IMG/VR virus record: IMGVR_UViG_3300031857_016701
Location: 1-64,000 of that record
Length of the DNA: 64,000 bases
Reading direction: 5' to 3' (one strand)
Origin: a virus
Taxonomy: Duplodnaviria > Heunggongvirae > Uroviricota > Caudoviricetes
A model generated the notes under the pieces. It saw only the letters and a program-made list of their open reading frames with translations. It was not told the DNA's origin and did not search any database. Positions 34,952 to 45,526 of this stretch are shown piece by piece (the stretch's first letter is position 1; the number at the start of each line of letters is the position of its first letter). Position numbers and translations under genes: made by a program.

Positions 34952-35656
34952 TTAGATTATAGTTTTGATTGGATGATAATAACCGTTGACATTTTTATCA
35001 AATGTAATATTTTCGTATTTCCAGTTAATGTAATTATCTGATTCAGTAAAAGGTTTTTGTAATGTATATCCTGATTGTTGTAATAACGTTCCTAATCTGA
35101 TTTCCGAAAACATATTATCGTATAATCTAGGATTATCATACATTCTATTTACCATTGATGATAATACTGATTTAGTAAAGAATAATCCTGACGTTGGTCC
35201 CATTCCTCCAATATTAGATGTAAGTTTTTGATTTTCGGATAGTTGTGTATACCAATACCAATCATTTAATTTTTCTTGTGGATATATCATATGACTAAAA
35301 TGAGTCATATTCAATGCATTACTATAAAAGGTTTCTAAAGAACAATTCGAATAGGTATCCCATTCTATCACTAAATAAGTTGGTAGATTTGGATAATTTA
35401 AATAAAAATCATATATCAATAAATCAGCTTCACTCCAGTATTCAATTTTCTTATTTTCGTTTAAAATATTATTTTTAGGATATAAGTCTTTTTTTGAAAC
35501 AATATGGGAACCACTAATTAAATTATGATTTTCAAATCCAACCGGATAAATATTTTTAGTTGGATTGTATTTTTTTAACAATTCATAATTTTGAATAGTT
35601 ACATCATTAACTGAATAATGTAAAAATAATATACATATTCTATTTTTTAGTATCAT
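34952..35656 (-). CDS. hypothetical protein, paralogue A of a tandem pair (glycan locus)
   Basis: Aligns with the next gene (NMFSEIRLGTLLQQSG / NMLSEIRGGTLVSQF; YHPIKTI / YHPYKYI). Start trimmed to MILKNRIC. Confidence 0.4.
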   Translation of the reverse strand: MILKNRICILFLHYSVNDVTIQNYELLKKYNPTKNIYPVGFENHNLISGSHIVSKKDLYPKNNILNENKKIEYWSEADLLIYDFYLNYPNLPTYLVIEWDTYSNCSLETFYSNALNMTHFSHMIYPQEKLNDWYWYTQLSENQKLTSNIGGMGPTSGLFFTKSVLSSMVNRMYDNPRLYDNMFSEIRLGTLLQQSGYTLQKPFTESDNYINWKYENITFDKNVNGYYHPIKTII

Positions 35657-35660
35657 ATTA

Positions 35661-36353
35661 TTAAATATATTTGTATGGGTGATAAAAATGAGGTATTTTC
35701 GTATCGATATTGATATCATCAACCGTCCAACTTATATATTTTTCAATATCATCTCGTCCACTTTTAAGAAATGTAAACTGACTTACTAATGTACCACCTC
35801 TAATTTCCGATAACATATTATCATATAAAGATTTATTTTTTAATATTTCTTCAGTACATTTTTTTAGAATATGATTTTTAAAATATATACATGTAGATTG
35901 TCCATATGAATGTAAATTATTAAATTTGTGATTATTTGGATTTAATTTTCTATATTGTTTCACCCACCACCATTCTTCATCTGCCGGACTTCGTATTCCA
36001 TTTCCAAAAAAATCAACATTTGTATCAAAAAATTCTTCTATACCAACATTACTAATTGTATCATATTCATATAAAAAATATTCATCATAATTTGGAAACT
36101 CAGAATAACCACTGTATAAAAAGAAATCGGGATTTGACCAATCTTCGGTGTGTAAATTGTCTATTTCAACCAATTCTTTGTTTTTAGGATATATTTCTCT
36201 ATTAACAAATAATGAATTTGGTAATAAATCATATCCACGGAATCCAACTGAAACAACATCCCATGTAGGATTTAATCGTTTAACAAGATTAAATCTATTA
36301 ATTGTCAATTCATCTACTTTATGATGACTAAATAATATAATCTTTGTATTCAT
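35661..36353 (-). CDS. hypothetical protein, paralogue B of the tandem pair
   Basis: See paralogue A. Confidence 0.4.
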   Translation of the reverse strand: MNTKIILFSHHKVDELTINRFNLVKRLNPTWDVVSVGFRGYDLLPNSLFVNREIYPKNKELVEIDNLHTEDWSNPDFFLYSGYSEFPNYDEYFLYEYDTISNVGIEEFFDTNVDFFGNGIRSPADEEWWWVKQYRKLNPNNHKFNNLHSYGQSTCIYFKNHILKKCTEEILKNKSLYDNMLSEIRGGTLVSQFTFLKSGRDDIEKYISWTVDDINIDTKIPHFYHPYKYI

Positions 36354-36356
36354 AGA

Positions 36357-37238
36357 TTAAATTATATATTTTATTGTATTTAACAATTTTCGTTTATTTT
36401 TCTCATTTACTTCCAAAAAATGATGTCTGATATTATCACAATTGTTTTTTTGAAATTCAAATAGATATTCTTTATTATTCAATGTATCTTCAAATTTTGA
36501 TTTATCTACAAAATAACCTTTTCTAAGTTTATATAGTGGATTTGATAAATATTCATAATTTATTACAGATGTATAAATTGATTTAATTGGAATAAATTTA
36601 ACCAAATTAGGATCTAAATATTCTTTAAATACAGGTATTTCACTGCAAATTACTAATTTACCACAACTCATTGCTTCCCATAAATAATGTCCCCATGCTT
36701 CATATAAGCTACAACATATATGAATGTTATGGTTATTAAGTTCATATACTAATTCATTTTCATTTAAATATTTATGATTAGCATCAAGAATATTAATTTT
36801 TTCTTTATAATTCCGAATCAATTCATGATTTTTTTGTATAGACTTTCCTTTTAAGAATAATATTTCTTTATTATTTTTTGTAAAAAAATATCTATCTAGA
36901 CTAAAAAATCCAGTAATAATTATATTTTTATGATATTGATCTAATATTGATTTGGCATATTTAGATTTAACAAATATATAATCAAAATTATGTAGATAAA
37001 TCAATTCATCATTAGACAACCACTCTTCATTTGGAATTAAAATATTAATTTTATTATCATTCATATATGTTTCATATATGTTTTGTATAAAAATTCCAAT
37101 ATCACTTTTTCTATTTATGATTTCTTTTGAAATATCGTATATAACCACATCAAATTCTTTTAAAACTTGAGTTAATAAAATTATGTCATTTTTTAAACCG
37201 ACTCCATTGTTCCAATAATATATGTTGACTTTAATCAT
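36357..37238 (-). CDS. GT4-like glycosyltransferase
   Basis: YEAWGHYLWEAMSCGKLVI (E-x7-E GT4 C-domain motif). Confidence 0.5.
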   Translation of the reverse strand: MIKVNIYYWNNGVGLKNDIILLTQVLKEFDVVIYDISKEIINRKSDIGIFIQNIYETYMNDNKINILIPNEEWLSNDELIYLHNFDYIFVKSKYAKSILDQYHKNIIITGFFSLDRYFFTKNNKEILFLKGKSIQKNHELIRNYKEKINILDANHKYLNENELVYELNNHNIHICCSLYEAWGHYLWEAMSCGKLVICSEIPVFKEYLDPNLVKFIPIKSIYTSVINYEYLSNPLYKLRKGYFVDKSKFEDTLNNKEYLFEFQKNNCDNIRHHFLEVNEKNKRKLLNTIKYII

Positions 37239-37278
37239 GATGTTTTACAATTTAAATTAAATAAAATTAAGATATTGT

Positions 37279-37947
37279 TTATACCGAATTGTATAAAAAT
37301 TTCATACATTCTTCATTTGTAACATAATGAAAAGAATATAAATTACTTATATCATTTGTATTATTTAATTTTGAATAGTCTCTACAACAGTTATCTTTGT
37401 TTATTAATTTAATGTTATTATTTCTAAAATTAATTCCAATACTTACATCAGTATATCCGAATTTAAAATTTTTAAAATTAATTTGTTTTATAATTTTACT
37501 ACTTATAAAAAATCCCGTCCCGCCGGCTATATAAGAAAAGTCTGAAGGTATATCTTTATGTTTAAATATTGGATTATCTGTGTTATTATTTTTATTTAAA
37601 ATATAACCGTAAACATTATCTTCATTAAAATTTTTAATCATTGTAAATACAAGTTTGTAATTTACAAAAGTATCATCATCAACAAAATACATCCATTTAT
37701 ATAAATCTAAAATATATTCGTTATTCTTTTTTATATTTATTAACGAATTTAAAATATTAATACCTTTTTCTTCATTACTACTATAACTATCATCGTCAGA
37801 TACTTTTATAATATTGTTATCTACATCATAATGATCTGAATAATACAAATGATCCATATGTTTTGCCCATGTATTTTTAACCGAAAGTATTCTTTCTTGA
37901 TTTTTATGGGTAGTTGATATTAGAACAAATAACATATTATCATACAT
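37279..37947 (-). CDS. Fringe-like / GT31-type glycosyltransferase
   Basis: WMYFVDDDTFV DxD motif in a Fringe-like context. Confidence 0.45.
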   Translation of the reverse strand: MYDNMLFVLISTTHKNQERILSVKNTWAKHMDHLYYSDHYDVDNNIIKVSDDDSYSSNEEKGINILNSLINIKKNNEYILDLYKWMYFVDDDTFVNYKLVFTMIKNFNEDNVYGYILNKNNNTDNPIFKHKDIPSDFSYIAGGTGFFISSKIIKQINFKNFKFGYTDVSIGINFRNNNIKLINKDNCCRDYSKLNNTNDISNLYSFHYVTNEECMKFLYNSV

Positions 37948-37976
37948 ATATATAAATTAATTATATTATTTTTTAT

Positions 37977-38678
37977 ATGAAATATTTTATTAATTATGCT
38001 GATAAGTTTTATTTTAAAAGTCAACTATTATCATTAAATTGTGCTAAAGACTTCGGATTCAAATGTCAATCATATTCAAAAAATGATATCGATAATGATT
38101 TTATTGAAAAAAATAAAATTATTATAGATTGTACGAGAGGGGCGGGATATTGGTTATGGAAACCATATTTAATTCTTAAAAAATTAAATGAAATAGACTA
38201 TGGTGAATATCTTGTCTATATGGATTCGGGTGCCAATTTTATTAAACCAGTAGATGATTTATTAGAAAGTATCGATGATAAGGGTATATTGGCGTTTCAA
38301 CTTAAAAATAATAAAAATAATAAATGGATAAAAGGAGATTGTTTTTTTGCAATAAATTCTATTAATGATGTATACAAATTTAAAGATGATGAACAAATAT
38401 TAGCATCATTTATTTTTTTCAGAAAAACCGATTTCTGTATAAATTTTGTTAAAAAGTGGTTATATTATGCAGAACAAAAAAACGTAATTATGGATTTACC
38501 AAATGTATTTTTTCCAAATTGTAATGGATTTATTGATCATAGACACGATCAAGCTATATTTTCATTATTGTGTTATAATTATAATATAACATGTATACCA
38601 GATATATCACAACACGGATTAATATATGATAATATAACAACGGATAGTGTTAGAATAAATCATCATAGGAATTCTTAA
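37977..38678 (+). CDS. hypothetical protein, possible GT-A-like transferase (233 aa)
   Basis: ORF on the opposite strand within the glycan locus. Confidence 0.3.
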   Translation: MKYFINYADKFYFKSQLLSLNCAKDFGFKCQSYSKNDIDNDFIEKNKIIIDCTRGAGYWLWKPYLILKKLNEIDYGEYLVYMDSGANFIKPVDDLLESIDDKGILAFQLKNNKNNKWIKGDCFFAINSINDVYKFKDDEQILASFIFFRKTDFCINFVKKWLYYAEQKNVIMDLPNVFFPNCNGFIDHRHDQAIFSLLCYNYNITCIPDISQHGLIYDNITTDSVRINHHRNS

Positions 38679-38690
38679 ATAGTTTATTTA

Positions 38691-39725
38691 CTAATTATTT
38701 AATATTTCTTCGGTTATATGCTCTAAATTTTTAGTAATTTTAAATTGAGGATAATCATTTTTTAATTTTGTTAAATCGCTATAATAACAAATATGATCTC
38801 CTTTTCTATTTTCATCTACATATTCGTAATTAAATTTTTTTCTGCCTATATGTTCCAACATTGATATACATTCTATGATTGAACATGAATTGGATTTACT
38901 TCCGCCAATATTATAAACAGCAGCAATTTGTGGATTGTTAATAAACAATTGCATGAAATTAACAACATCAAATGAATGTATATTATCACGTACTTGTTTT
39001 CCTTTATAACCATATATTTTGTATAAGGTATCGGATTTATAACATTTAACCAGATAATTTAAAAATCCGTGTAATTCTACACCACTATGATTTCTCCCAG
39101 TAAGACACCCACCACGTAAACAAACAGTTGGAATTTTAAAATATCTACCATATTCTTGCACTAAAATATCAGCTGCAACTTTTGATGCACCAAATAATGA
39201 ATGTGTTGAATGATCTATCGATAACATTTCAGAAATGCCATTATTAAAGTTATCATCGTCATAGTCATATCTAGTGTTCAATTCTTTCAATTTAATTTCA
39301 TTTGGTTTGTCACCATATACTTTATTAGTTGACATGTGAATAAACACGCAATCTTTATTAGTTTGTCTAGTTGATTCCAATAAATGTAACGTTCCATTAG
39401 CATTTGTTTCAAAATCATCAAATGGTATAGATGATGATTTATCATGACTTGGTTGTGCGGCAGTATGAATAACTACATCAAATTTAATGGTTTTAAAAAG
39501 GTTATTGACTTCTTGTTTATTACGTATATCAATAAAATAATTTCTAAAATTAGAATGTGTATTTATTAGAACATTAAGTCTATTTAAAGTGCTTCCTTTT
39601 TCACCGAAAAATATTTGACGTTGATTATTTTCGATACCATAAATTTTATGTCCTTGTGTTGCAAAATAACTAACTGCTTCTGATCCAATCAATCCTCCTG
39701 CGCCTGTTATTAACATTGTCTTCAT
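38691..39725 (-). CDS. NAD-dependent sugar epimerase/dehydratase (extended SDR). The catalytic Tyr of YxxxK is replaced by Phe.
   Basis: ITGAGGLIGS Rossmann motif. HTAAQPSHD. The motif reads LFGASKVAAD instead of YxxSK. Confidence 0.6.
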   Translation of the reverse strand: MKTMLITGAGGLIGSEAVSYFATQGHKIYGIENNQRQIFFGEKGSTLNRLNVLINTHSNFRNYFIDIRNKQEVNNLFKTIKFDVVIHTAAQPSHDKSSSIPFDDFETNANGTLHLLESTRQTNKDCVFIHMSTNKVYGDKPNEIKLKELNTRYDYDDDNFNNGISEMLSIDHSTHSLFGASKVAADILVQEYGRYFKIPTVCLRGGCLTGRNHSGVELHGFLNYLVKCYKSDTLYKIYGYKGKQVRDNIHSFDVVNFMQLFINNPQIAAVYNIGGSKSNSCSIIECISMLEHIGRKKFNYEYVDENRKGDHICYYSDLTKLKNDYPQFKITKNLEHITEEILNN

Positions 39726-40348
39726 TAAAAATTATTAATATAAATATCATCACATCCTAAAGAGATAACTTTTCTAAAGTTGTTTGATGATAACAATTCA
39801 TAGACATCATTGCTTTGATAGTTATTTTCTACAGATATAGATTTAATTTTAATGTTTTTAAAATCAATTGTTTTTAAAATGCAATATTCAGCTCCTTCAA
39901 CATCTAAACTTAGATAATCAATTTTATTACATTGATATTTTTTTATTATGTCTTGAAAAGTAATTGTTTGGACTTCTATAATTTCTACAGATTTACCATG
40001 TATAAGTAATTCATTAAAAATTCTACTTAAATGTTCGGGTTTTTGTTCACATAATAGTCCGCTTAATCCTTTTATGTATCCATCGCATGATAAAAATTTA
40101 AATATGCCTGATTCTTTATATATTGCTACATTTTCCACAGGAGATTTTCTTTTATTTTTTAAATTTTCTAATTCTTGTTTTCTTGGTTCAATTAATATTC
40201 CATTCCATCCCAAATCTTCAAAGAAAAAAGTGTTATTTTGATATTCGTGTTCAGACGCCCCAATATCTATAAAAAATCCATCTGTTACGTTTTTAAAAAA
40301 ATTTTCATATAAAAATTGATCTTGTTTATATTGACTTTTATATTTCAT
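39725..40348 (-). CDS. FkbM-family methyltransferase
   Basis: GFFIDIGASEHEYQNN FkbM signature. Confidence 0.5.
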   Translation of the reverse strand: MKYKSQYKQDQFLYENFFKNVTDGFFIDIGASEHEYQNNTFFFEDLGWNGILIEPRKQELENLKNKRKSPVENVAIYKESGIFKFLSCDGYIKGLSGLLCEQKPEHLSRIFNELLIHGKSVEIIEVQTITFQDIIKKYQCNKIDYLSLDVEGAEYCILKTIDFKNIKIKSISVENNYQSNDVYELLSSNNFRKVISLGCDDIYINNF

Positions 40349-41168
40349 TTAAATAATTTTCTTTTATGTATTTCCACGGATACAAAAATGGTTCTGCTTT
40401 AATAAAATTTTCTTTTATTACTTCAATTCTATCGTTATAATAATTAACATCTGTATAAGATAAAATATCAATTAATTCTTCTGGTTCTGTAAATAAAATT
40501 ATTCCATCTTTATTAAAATAATTAATAATCTCGGGATCTCCTTTGTAAATTGGTATAGTTCCTGTTCTAAAACAATCTAATATTTTTTCTGTAAAATATC
40601 CTTTTACAAAACAATTTTCTACTGCAATAGAATATCTGTAATCCTTATGCCATTTAAGTTTTTGTTCAACAGGATCTCCATATTTATAACCATCTAACAA
40701 TTTTTTTGTCAATTCAAAACACTTATGCCTAAAATGATGTCCGTCAGTCCATAGTTTAGATGAACAAACTATACTTGAATTTTTATTTTTTTCATATATT
40801 TTTTGTTCATTCAAAGGAATAAAATAAGAACCCCAAGGATACCAAAATCCATTTTGTATAGAATTACAAAAATCTCTATTATGTGAAAAAACTTTTTTAA
40901 ATTTAGTATTTTCTTTTATGGCTAGTTGATATATGTGCGGATGAATTACTTCTGGTTCCGTAATCCATAAGTAAATATTTTTTGATTTAAGTTGATTTAG
41001 ATAATTTAAAGCAGCTTTATCAGTAATGACAATATTTTCACTATTATTTAGTTCTTGTATTTCAAATGTGTGTTTAAAACAATAATTTAAATCTAACAAC
41101 TCCGCTTCTTTTTGAAAATTAACCGGATTTAAATTTGCTTCAAAATCAAAAAATAATATTTCTTTCAT
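40338..41168 (-). CDS. GT10 alpha-1,3-fucosyltransferase-like glycosyltransferase
   Basis: YRYSIAVENCFVKGYFTEKILD matches the GT10 FucT motif (YxFxLxFENSxxxxYxTEK). Confidence 0.5.
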   Translation of the reverse strand: MKEILFFDFEANLNPVNFQKEAELLDLNYCFKHTFEIQELNNSENIVITDKAALNYLNQLKSKNIYLWITEPEVIHPHIYQLAIKENTKFKKVFSHNRDFCNSIQNGFWYPWGSYFIPLNEQKIYEKNKNSSIVCSSKLWTDGHHFRHKCFELTKKLLDGYKYGDPVEQKLKWHKDYRYSIAVENCFVKGYFTEKILDCFRTGTIPIYKGDPEIINYFNKDGIILFTEPEELIDILSYTDVNYYNDRIEVIKENFIKAEPFLYPWKYIKENYLNEI

Positions 41169-41198
41169 TTTATAAAATATCTACAATATTAAACTCAT

Positions 41199-41855
41199 TC
41201 AAGTGGTTGTAAATTCATCAATAGAATGATTATTTTTTATAAACAAATCATAATTTTCTAAAGATGGTTTTGTTACAGTTTCAGTAAAAATGCCTGTTTG
41301 ATAAAAAAATGGTCTTGATAAACCATAGATATTATACTTATATTGTTCTTGTGATGTATAATAATCAATACCCATTCCATTTGGTTGACATATAACGGGA
41401 TACATTTTACCAATTTCTTTTAAAGAATTTAAATATTTGTCGGTTAAAAACAAAACAGCATGAAAACTAGTCATACAATTTAATTTAAAATACGAATCAT
41501 TATATTTTTCTAATTCAAAATTATAAAGCTTAGATTCTCCATTTTTAACACCCCATAATGAAGTTCCTAAATATATAGCATCAGAATCATCGGGGACATC
41601 GATATTTAATTTAAAATCTTCGGTCACAAAACAATCATCTTCTAATACTAATGCGGGTAATTTTATTTTATTCCACAATTTAATAAGTGATATGTCACAT
41701 CCAATAGGATGTGGTAAACAAATACCATGAAAAATTTCAAATGACAATTTATTTTTAAGTTGTAATGTTAATTGATTCAATCTTTCCACATTTTGTGGTA
41801 TTGTAAGTATGTAAACATTTATATTTTTTAAGTCAATTTTCATATTAACAATCAC
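41199..41855 (-). CDS. GT25-like glycosyltransferase
   Basis: YILTIPQNVERLNQL ... GCDISLIKLW ... LVLEDDCF. Confidence 0.45.
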   Translation of the reverse strand: MIVNMKIDLKNINVYILTIPQNVERLNQLTLQLKNKLSFEIFHGICLPHPIGCDISLIKLWNKIKLPALVLEDDCFVTEDFKLNIDVPDDSDAIYLGTSLWGVKNGESKLYNFELEKYNDSYFKLNCMTSFHAVLFLTDKYLNSLKEIGKMYPVICQPNGMGIDYYTSQEQYKYNIYGLSRPFFYQTGIFTETVTKPSLENYDLFIKNNHSIDEFTTT

Positions 41856-42624
41856 AATGTCTTATCTCAAATTTAATACAACCATATATATTAAACCCAA
41901 GTTTTTTTGCATTTTCAGAAAAACTAACTCCTTCTAATTTACAAGGAATTACATTTCCACATAAGTCTGTGTATTCGTCATCTACAAATAAATATCTTAA
42001 TCCACTATCAAAAACTTTACGATTAATAAATGCTGCACATTCACATCTTTCTAATTCTATTATTTCTTCGTTTGGAAATATATGAGTAAGTTCATACAAT
42101 CTAGTTACTTTACCATTTAAATTTGTATAAGATGCACAATCATGATATCCATATGTGTTATGTGTATATAAAGGCATTACAATATCTTTATTAAGTGATA
42201 ATAAATATTCTATTGAATTTTCTTGAAAATTTTCTACATCTATATCTAACCACCACAAATAATCATTATTTTTTAAATAATTATTCACGATAAAATTTCT
42301 TAAAATAACTAAATTATTAATTCTTTGTTGATAATGTTCAATTTGATACCTACATTCATGTTTTAACAAAAATCCTAAATCTAATTTTAAAATTGTAATA
42401 TCTTTATATTCATGTATAGGTATTTTCTTACTTATAATTTCATTTAATATACTCCAAGTATCATCTTCACTGTCATTTTCTATAAAACATAACGATATAT
42501 TTTCTTTTGGGTATGATAAATTATTAAGTTTATTCAAAAAATTATCTAAAAATTTAGCTCCATTTTTAACTGGAGTACCTATTAATATATTTTTATTATT
42601 CATAATGCCCATCCTTTTGCCCAA
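41845..42624 (-). CDS. GT2-like glycosyltransferase
   Basis: IGTPVKNGAKFL ... ENDSEDDT (GT-A N-terminal motifs). Confidence 0.4.
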   Translation of the reverse strand: MGKRMGIMNNKNILIGTPVKNGAKFLDNFLNKLNNLSYPKENISLCFIENDSEDDTWSILNEIISKKIPIHEYKDITILKLDLGFLLKHECRYQIEHYQQRINNLVILRNFIVNNYLKNNDYLWWLDIDVENFQENSIEYLLSLNKDIVMPLYTHNTYGYHDCASYTNLNGKVTRLYELTHIFPNEEIIELERCECAAFINRKVFDSGLRYLFVDDEYTDLCGNVIPCKLEGVSFSENAKKLGFNIYGCIKFEIRHCDC

Positions 42625-43247
42625 TGATGTACTGAATATGATTCAGGTGAAGTTATATTAAAATCCTCATTTCTTCTTTCCATTTCATACCAAGAATATG
42701 GATAAAAATATTTAATATCATAAAATTTATATGTTGGATTATTTAAATATGGATTTAAAAATTGTGTAAAAAATTCAGGACCACTAATTTTCCATATTTC
42801 ACTACTTACTTTACCGTTATAAGTAAATTTTTTAATGTTTTCTAATACAGAATCAACATAAAAGCTAACAAGAGATTCATTGACCTTAGATCCCATAATA
42901 CCTATTGCAATTTCATTATTAGGTTGATAACCTGAAAAAAAGTTGTAATTGAGTATTTCATCTGGCATTCTTTTTAATGGTTCAGTGTCCACATCAACAT
43001 ATATTCCTCCAAATTTTTCTAATATTTTAAATCTAAGTAAATCTGCTTTTAATCCAATATTATAATCACCATAATAATATTGTTTAATATCACTACTTAA
43101 AATATCAGTTGATTCAACTAATTGATTATCCCAAAAAATAAAATTATAATCTGGATATAAAATTTTCCACTTTTTTAAAAAATTAATATAATCGGAAGGA
43201 AATGGTTTATCACCTATCCATATATGATGTATGAATTTTGGTATCAT
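42600..43247 (-). CDS. GT32-type (DXD sugar-binding region) glycosyltransferase
   Basis: IPKFIHHIWIGDKPFP ... GGIYVDVDTEP. Confidence 0.55.
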   Translation of the reverse strand: MIPKFIHHIWIGDKPFPSDYINFLKKWKILYPDYNFIFWDNQLVESTDILSSDIKQYYYGDYNIGLKADLLRFKILEKFGGIYVDVDTEPLKRMPDEILNYNFFSGYQPNNEIAIGIMGSKVNESLVSFYVDSVLENIKKFTYNGKVSSEIWKISGPEFFTQFLNPYLNNPTYKFYDIKYFYPYSWYEMERRNEDFNITSPESYSVHHWAKGWAL

Positions 43248-43930
43248 ATATATTTTGAATCAAGTGTTAATGAATCAAATGTAGTATCATCAAAATCATA
43301 TTTATCAGGATTTCTTTGTTTTAGCAAACTTACTTGTTCAACTAATGGAGGCATAAACACATAATGTTTAAGTATCTTTAGTGTTTTCTTTTGTATTTGT
43401 ATATCAACTGCTGCCCAAGCTTGATGATTAGTATCAAGTAAAACTGGAATACTTGATTTTTTAATCATATAAGCATGTGTACACATAGGTGCATGTGTAG
43501 TTGTAATAATGTTATTAGTTACTTTTAATTGATAATCTTCTGGAGGTAAACAACAATGCCCAACAAAAACATATTGCCAATCATCAGGAAGTTGTTTTTT
43601 AAATTCTAAAAATCTTTCATGAAAATTTTCACATAAAAATGCATCATCTTCTAAGATAAGAATTTCTTCATGATGTAAATGCCAAAGAGTTTGCCATAAC
43701 ATATAATGAGACAATAAACATCCAATTCTACCTTGTTTAATAAAATAGTCATCTCCGTCTGGATTATCATCTTTATATGGTATTGTAGTTTTCAATCCAA
43801 ACTTTGTACCATTAATTCCTTCAAAAAATTCAACATCTAATCCATGTTGTTTAAAATGTTGTTCTGCATACTCTTTTCTTTTAGGAGTATCTTTCAATGT
43901 TAAACAAAATATTTTTGGTAAATTATTCAT
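43244..43930 (-). CDS. GT25 (LPS beta-1,4-galactosyltransferase Lic2A/LgtB-like) glycosyltransferase
   Basis: IFCLTLKDTPKRKEYAEQHF ... GRIGCLLSHYMLWQ ... LILEDDAF. Confidence 0.6.
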   Translation of the reverse strand: MNNLPKIFCLTLKDTPKRKEYAEQHFKQHGLDVEFFEGINGTKFGLKTTIPYKDDNPDGDDYFIKQGRIGCLLSHYMLWQTLWHLHHEEILILEDDAFLCENFHERFLEFKKQLPDDWQYVFVGHCCLPPEDYQLKVTNNIITTTHAPMCTHAYMIKKSSIPVLLDTNHQAWAAVDIQIQKKTLKILKHYVFMPPLVEQVSLLKQRNPDKYDFDDTTFDSLTLDSKYI

Positions 43931-44654
43931 TTTTATATATGTCTGTCCAATTACTTCCCCATTTTAATATTATTTCATGTAAACCATCATTAGAATAATA
44001 ATCTTGATTTGCATGCATATGAGTTCTGCCTCCAAAATGATCTACTCTACTATTATATACAATTCCGTTTGTAATAGATGAATCTTTTTGTTTAATATAA
44101 TTTAAATACAAATCAAAATCTTTATCTTGATAATGTGCTTTTATATTTTCATCCCATTTATAATTTGATGATCTTTTAAGACAATAAAACCAAGCGGGTA
44201 TATGAACTCTATTAATAAATATTTTTTTATACGTTACATCAGTTCGATATACATCATACAATGGTGGTTCCCAATCAAATGATTTTGTAAACGGTGAAAC
44301 TACAAACAAGTTATTAATAATATCAAACCAATTAATTAAATTATAATACCAATCATGTTGAAACATTAAATCACTATTAGCATACATTACATATTCATTG
44401 TTACATAATTTAGCACCTTCATTATATAATTTACTTAAATTAAAATCAAAAGGCATATATACAAAATTTTGTTTTTTTGATTGTACATAATCTTTAAATC
44501 TTGAATGTGAGTCAGAATCTGAATTGTTTTCAATAATCCACAGTTTACATTCATCAGGAGTATTTTTAACAAATGAATCTATCATTTCTACTTGAAATTC
44601 TTCAATCTTTTCATTTCTTGTAGAGCACGGCATTATTATATCAGAATATTTCAT
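43923..44654 (-). CDS. GT2-like glycosyltransferase
   Basis: LWIIENNSDSDS. GT-A N-terminal pattern. Confidence 0.4.
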   Translation of the reverse strand: MKYSDIIMPCSTRNEKIEEFQVEMIDSFVKNTPDECKLWIIENNSDSDSHSRFKDYVQSKKQNFVYMPFDFNLSKLYNEGAKLCNNEYVMYANSDLMFQHDWYYNLINWFDIINNLFVVSPFTKSFDWEPPLYDVYRTDVTYKKIFINRVHIPAWFYCLKRSSNYKWDENIKAHYQDKDFDLYLNYIKQKDSSITNGIVYNSRVDHFGGRTHMHANQDYYSNDGLHEIILKWGSNWTDIYKNE

Positions 44655-44698
44655 GTTTTTTGTCTTTTAATGATAAACAAAATATTTTTGGTACCATA

Positions 44699-45526
44699 TT
44701 AAAAATGATATTTATTTCTAAAAAATAAATAATTTATATCAGAAAAAGAATCTGAATGATGGTATATTTCCGGATAATTTTTGTTTCTTCCAATTTTTAA
44801 AATTTTATATTTATTAAAATCAATTAAATTTAATAAATCATTGTGATTATCTTCACAAAAATCATGAAGTTCAATCCAAAGATTTGGAGTATAATCTTTT
44901 AATATTTTTTTTGTTCCGTTTAATACTTTTATTTCTTCTCCTTCAGTATCTATTTTTATAATAGAATTATCTGTAATATCAGAATAAAAATTATCTAAAC
45001 ATAAAGTCTTACAATCTTTAATTGGTTGATATAAATCATTATTAAATCTATAAAAGTCTTCTTTACTAAATGTTTGTATTCCATTTTTATTAGAAACAAA
45101 AGCATTATAAATTTCTACATTTTTAATATTATTTAATTTAATATTTGTTTTCAAAATATTATAATTATTAGTATCTGGTTCGAGTGAAATTACTTTTTTT
45201 GCGATTCTTGAAAAATTAAGAGTATAATGTCCATGATGAGCACCAACATCAATTATAGTATCTATATTATTATTTAAATCAACATTCAATGTTTTATACA
45301 TTTCAATCAAATATGCATTTATATCATTTTGATTTGAAATATCATTCCAATCAATTTTATTATAAAAATATAATATACCATATAATATTTCCAGAGAAAT
45401 ATAATCTCTATATCCTTCATAGTCTTGTTCTCCTACATCATACCATATTTTTCCTGTTCCATCATCAATAAAAAAATTAAATTTATTGTGTGGCAATCCA
45501 CATCTTGTTTTTATTATTTTATTCAT
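44699..45526 (-). CDS. FkbM-family methyltransferase (second copy)
   Basis: IIDVGAHHGHYTLNF. Confidence 0.5.
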   Translation of the reverse strand: MNKIIKTRCGLPHNKFNFFIDDGTGKIWYDVGEQDYEGYRDYISLEILYGILYFYNKIDWNDISNQNDINAYLIEMYKTLNVDLNNNIDTIIDVGAHHGHYTLNFSRIAKKVISLEPDTNNYNILKTNIKLNNIKNVEIYNAFVSNKNGIQTFSKEDFYRFNNDLYQPIKDCKTLCLDNFYSDITDNSIIKIDTEGEEIKVLNGTKKILKDYTPNLWIELHDFCEDNHNDLLNLIDFNKYKILKIGRNKNYPEIYHHSDSFSDINYLFFRNKYHF

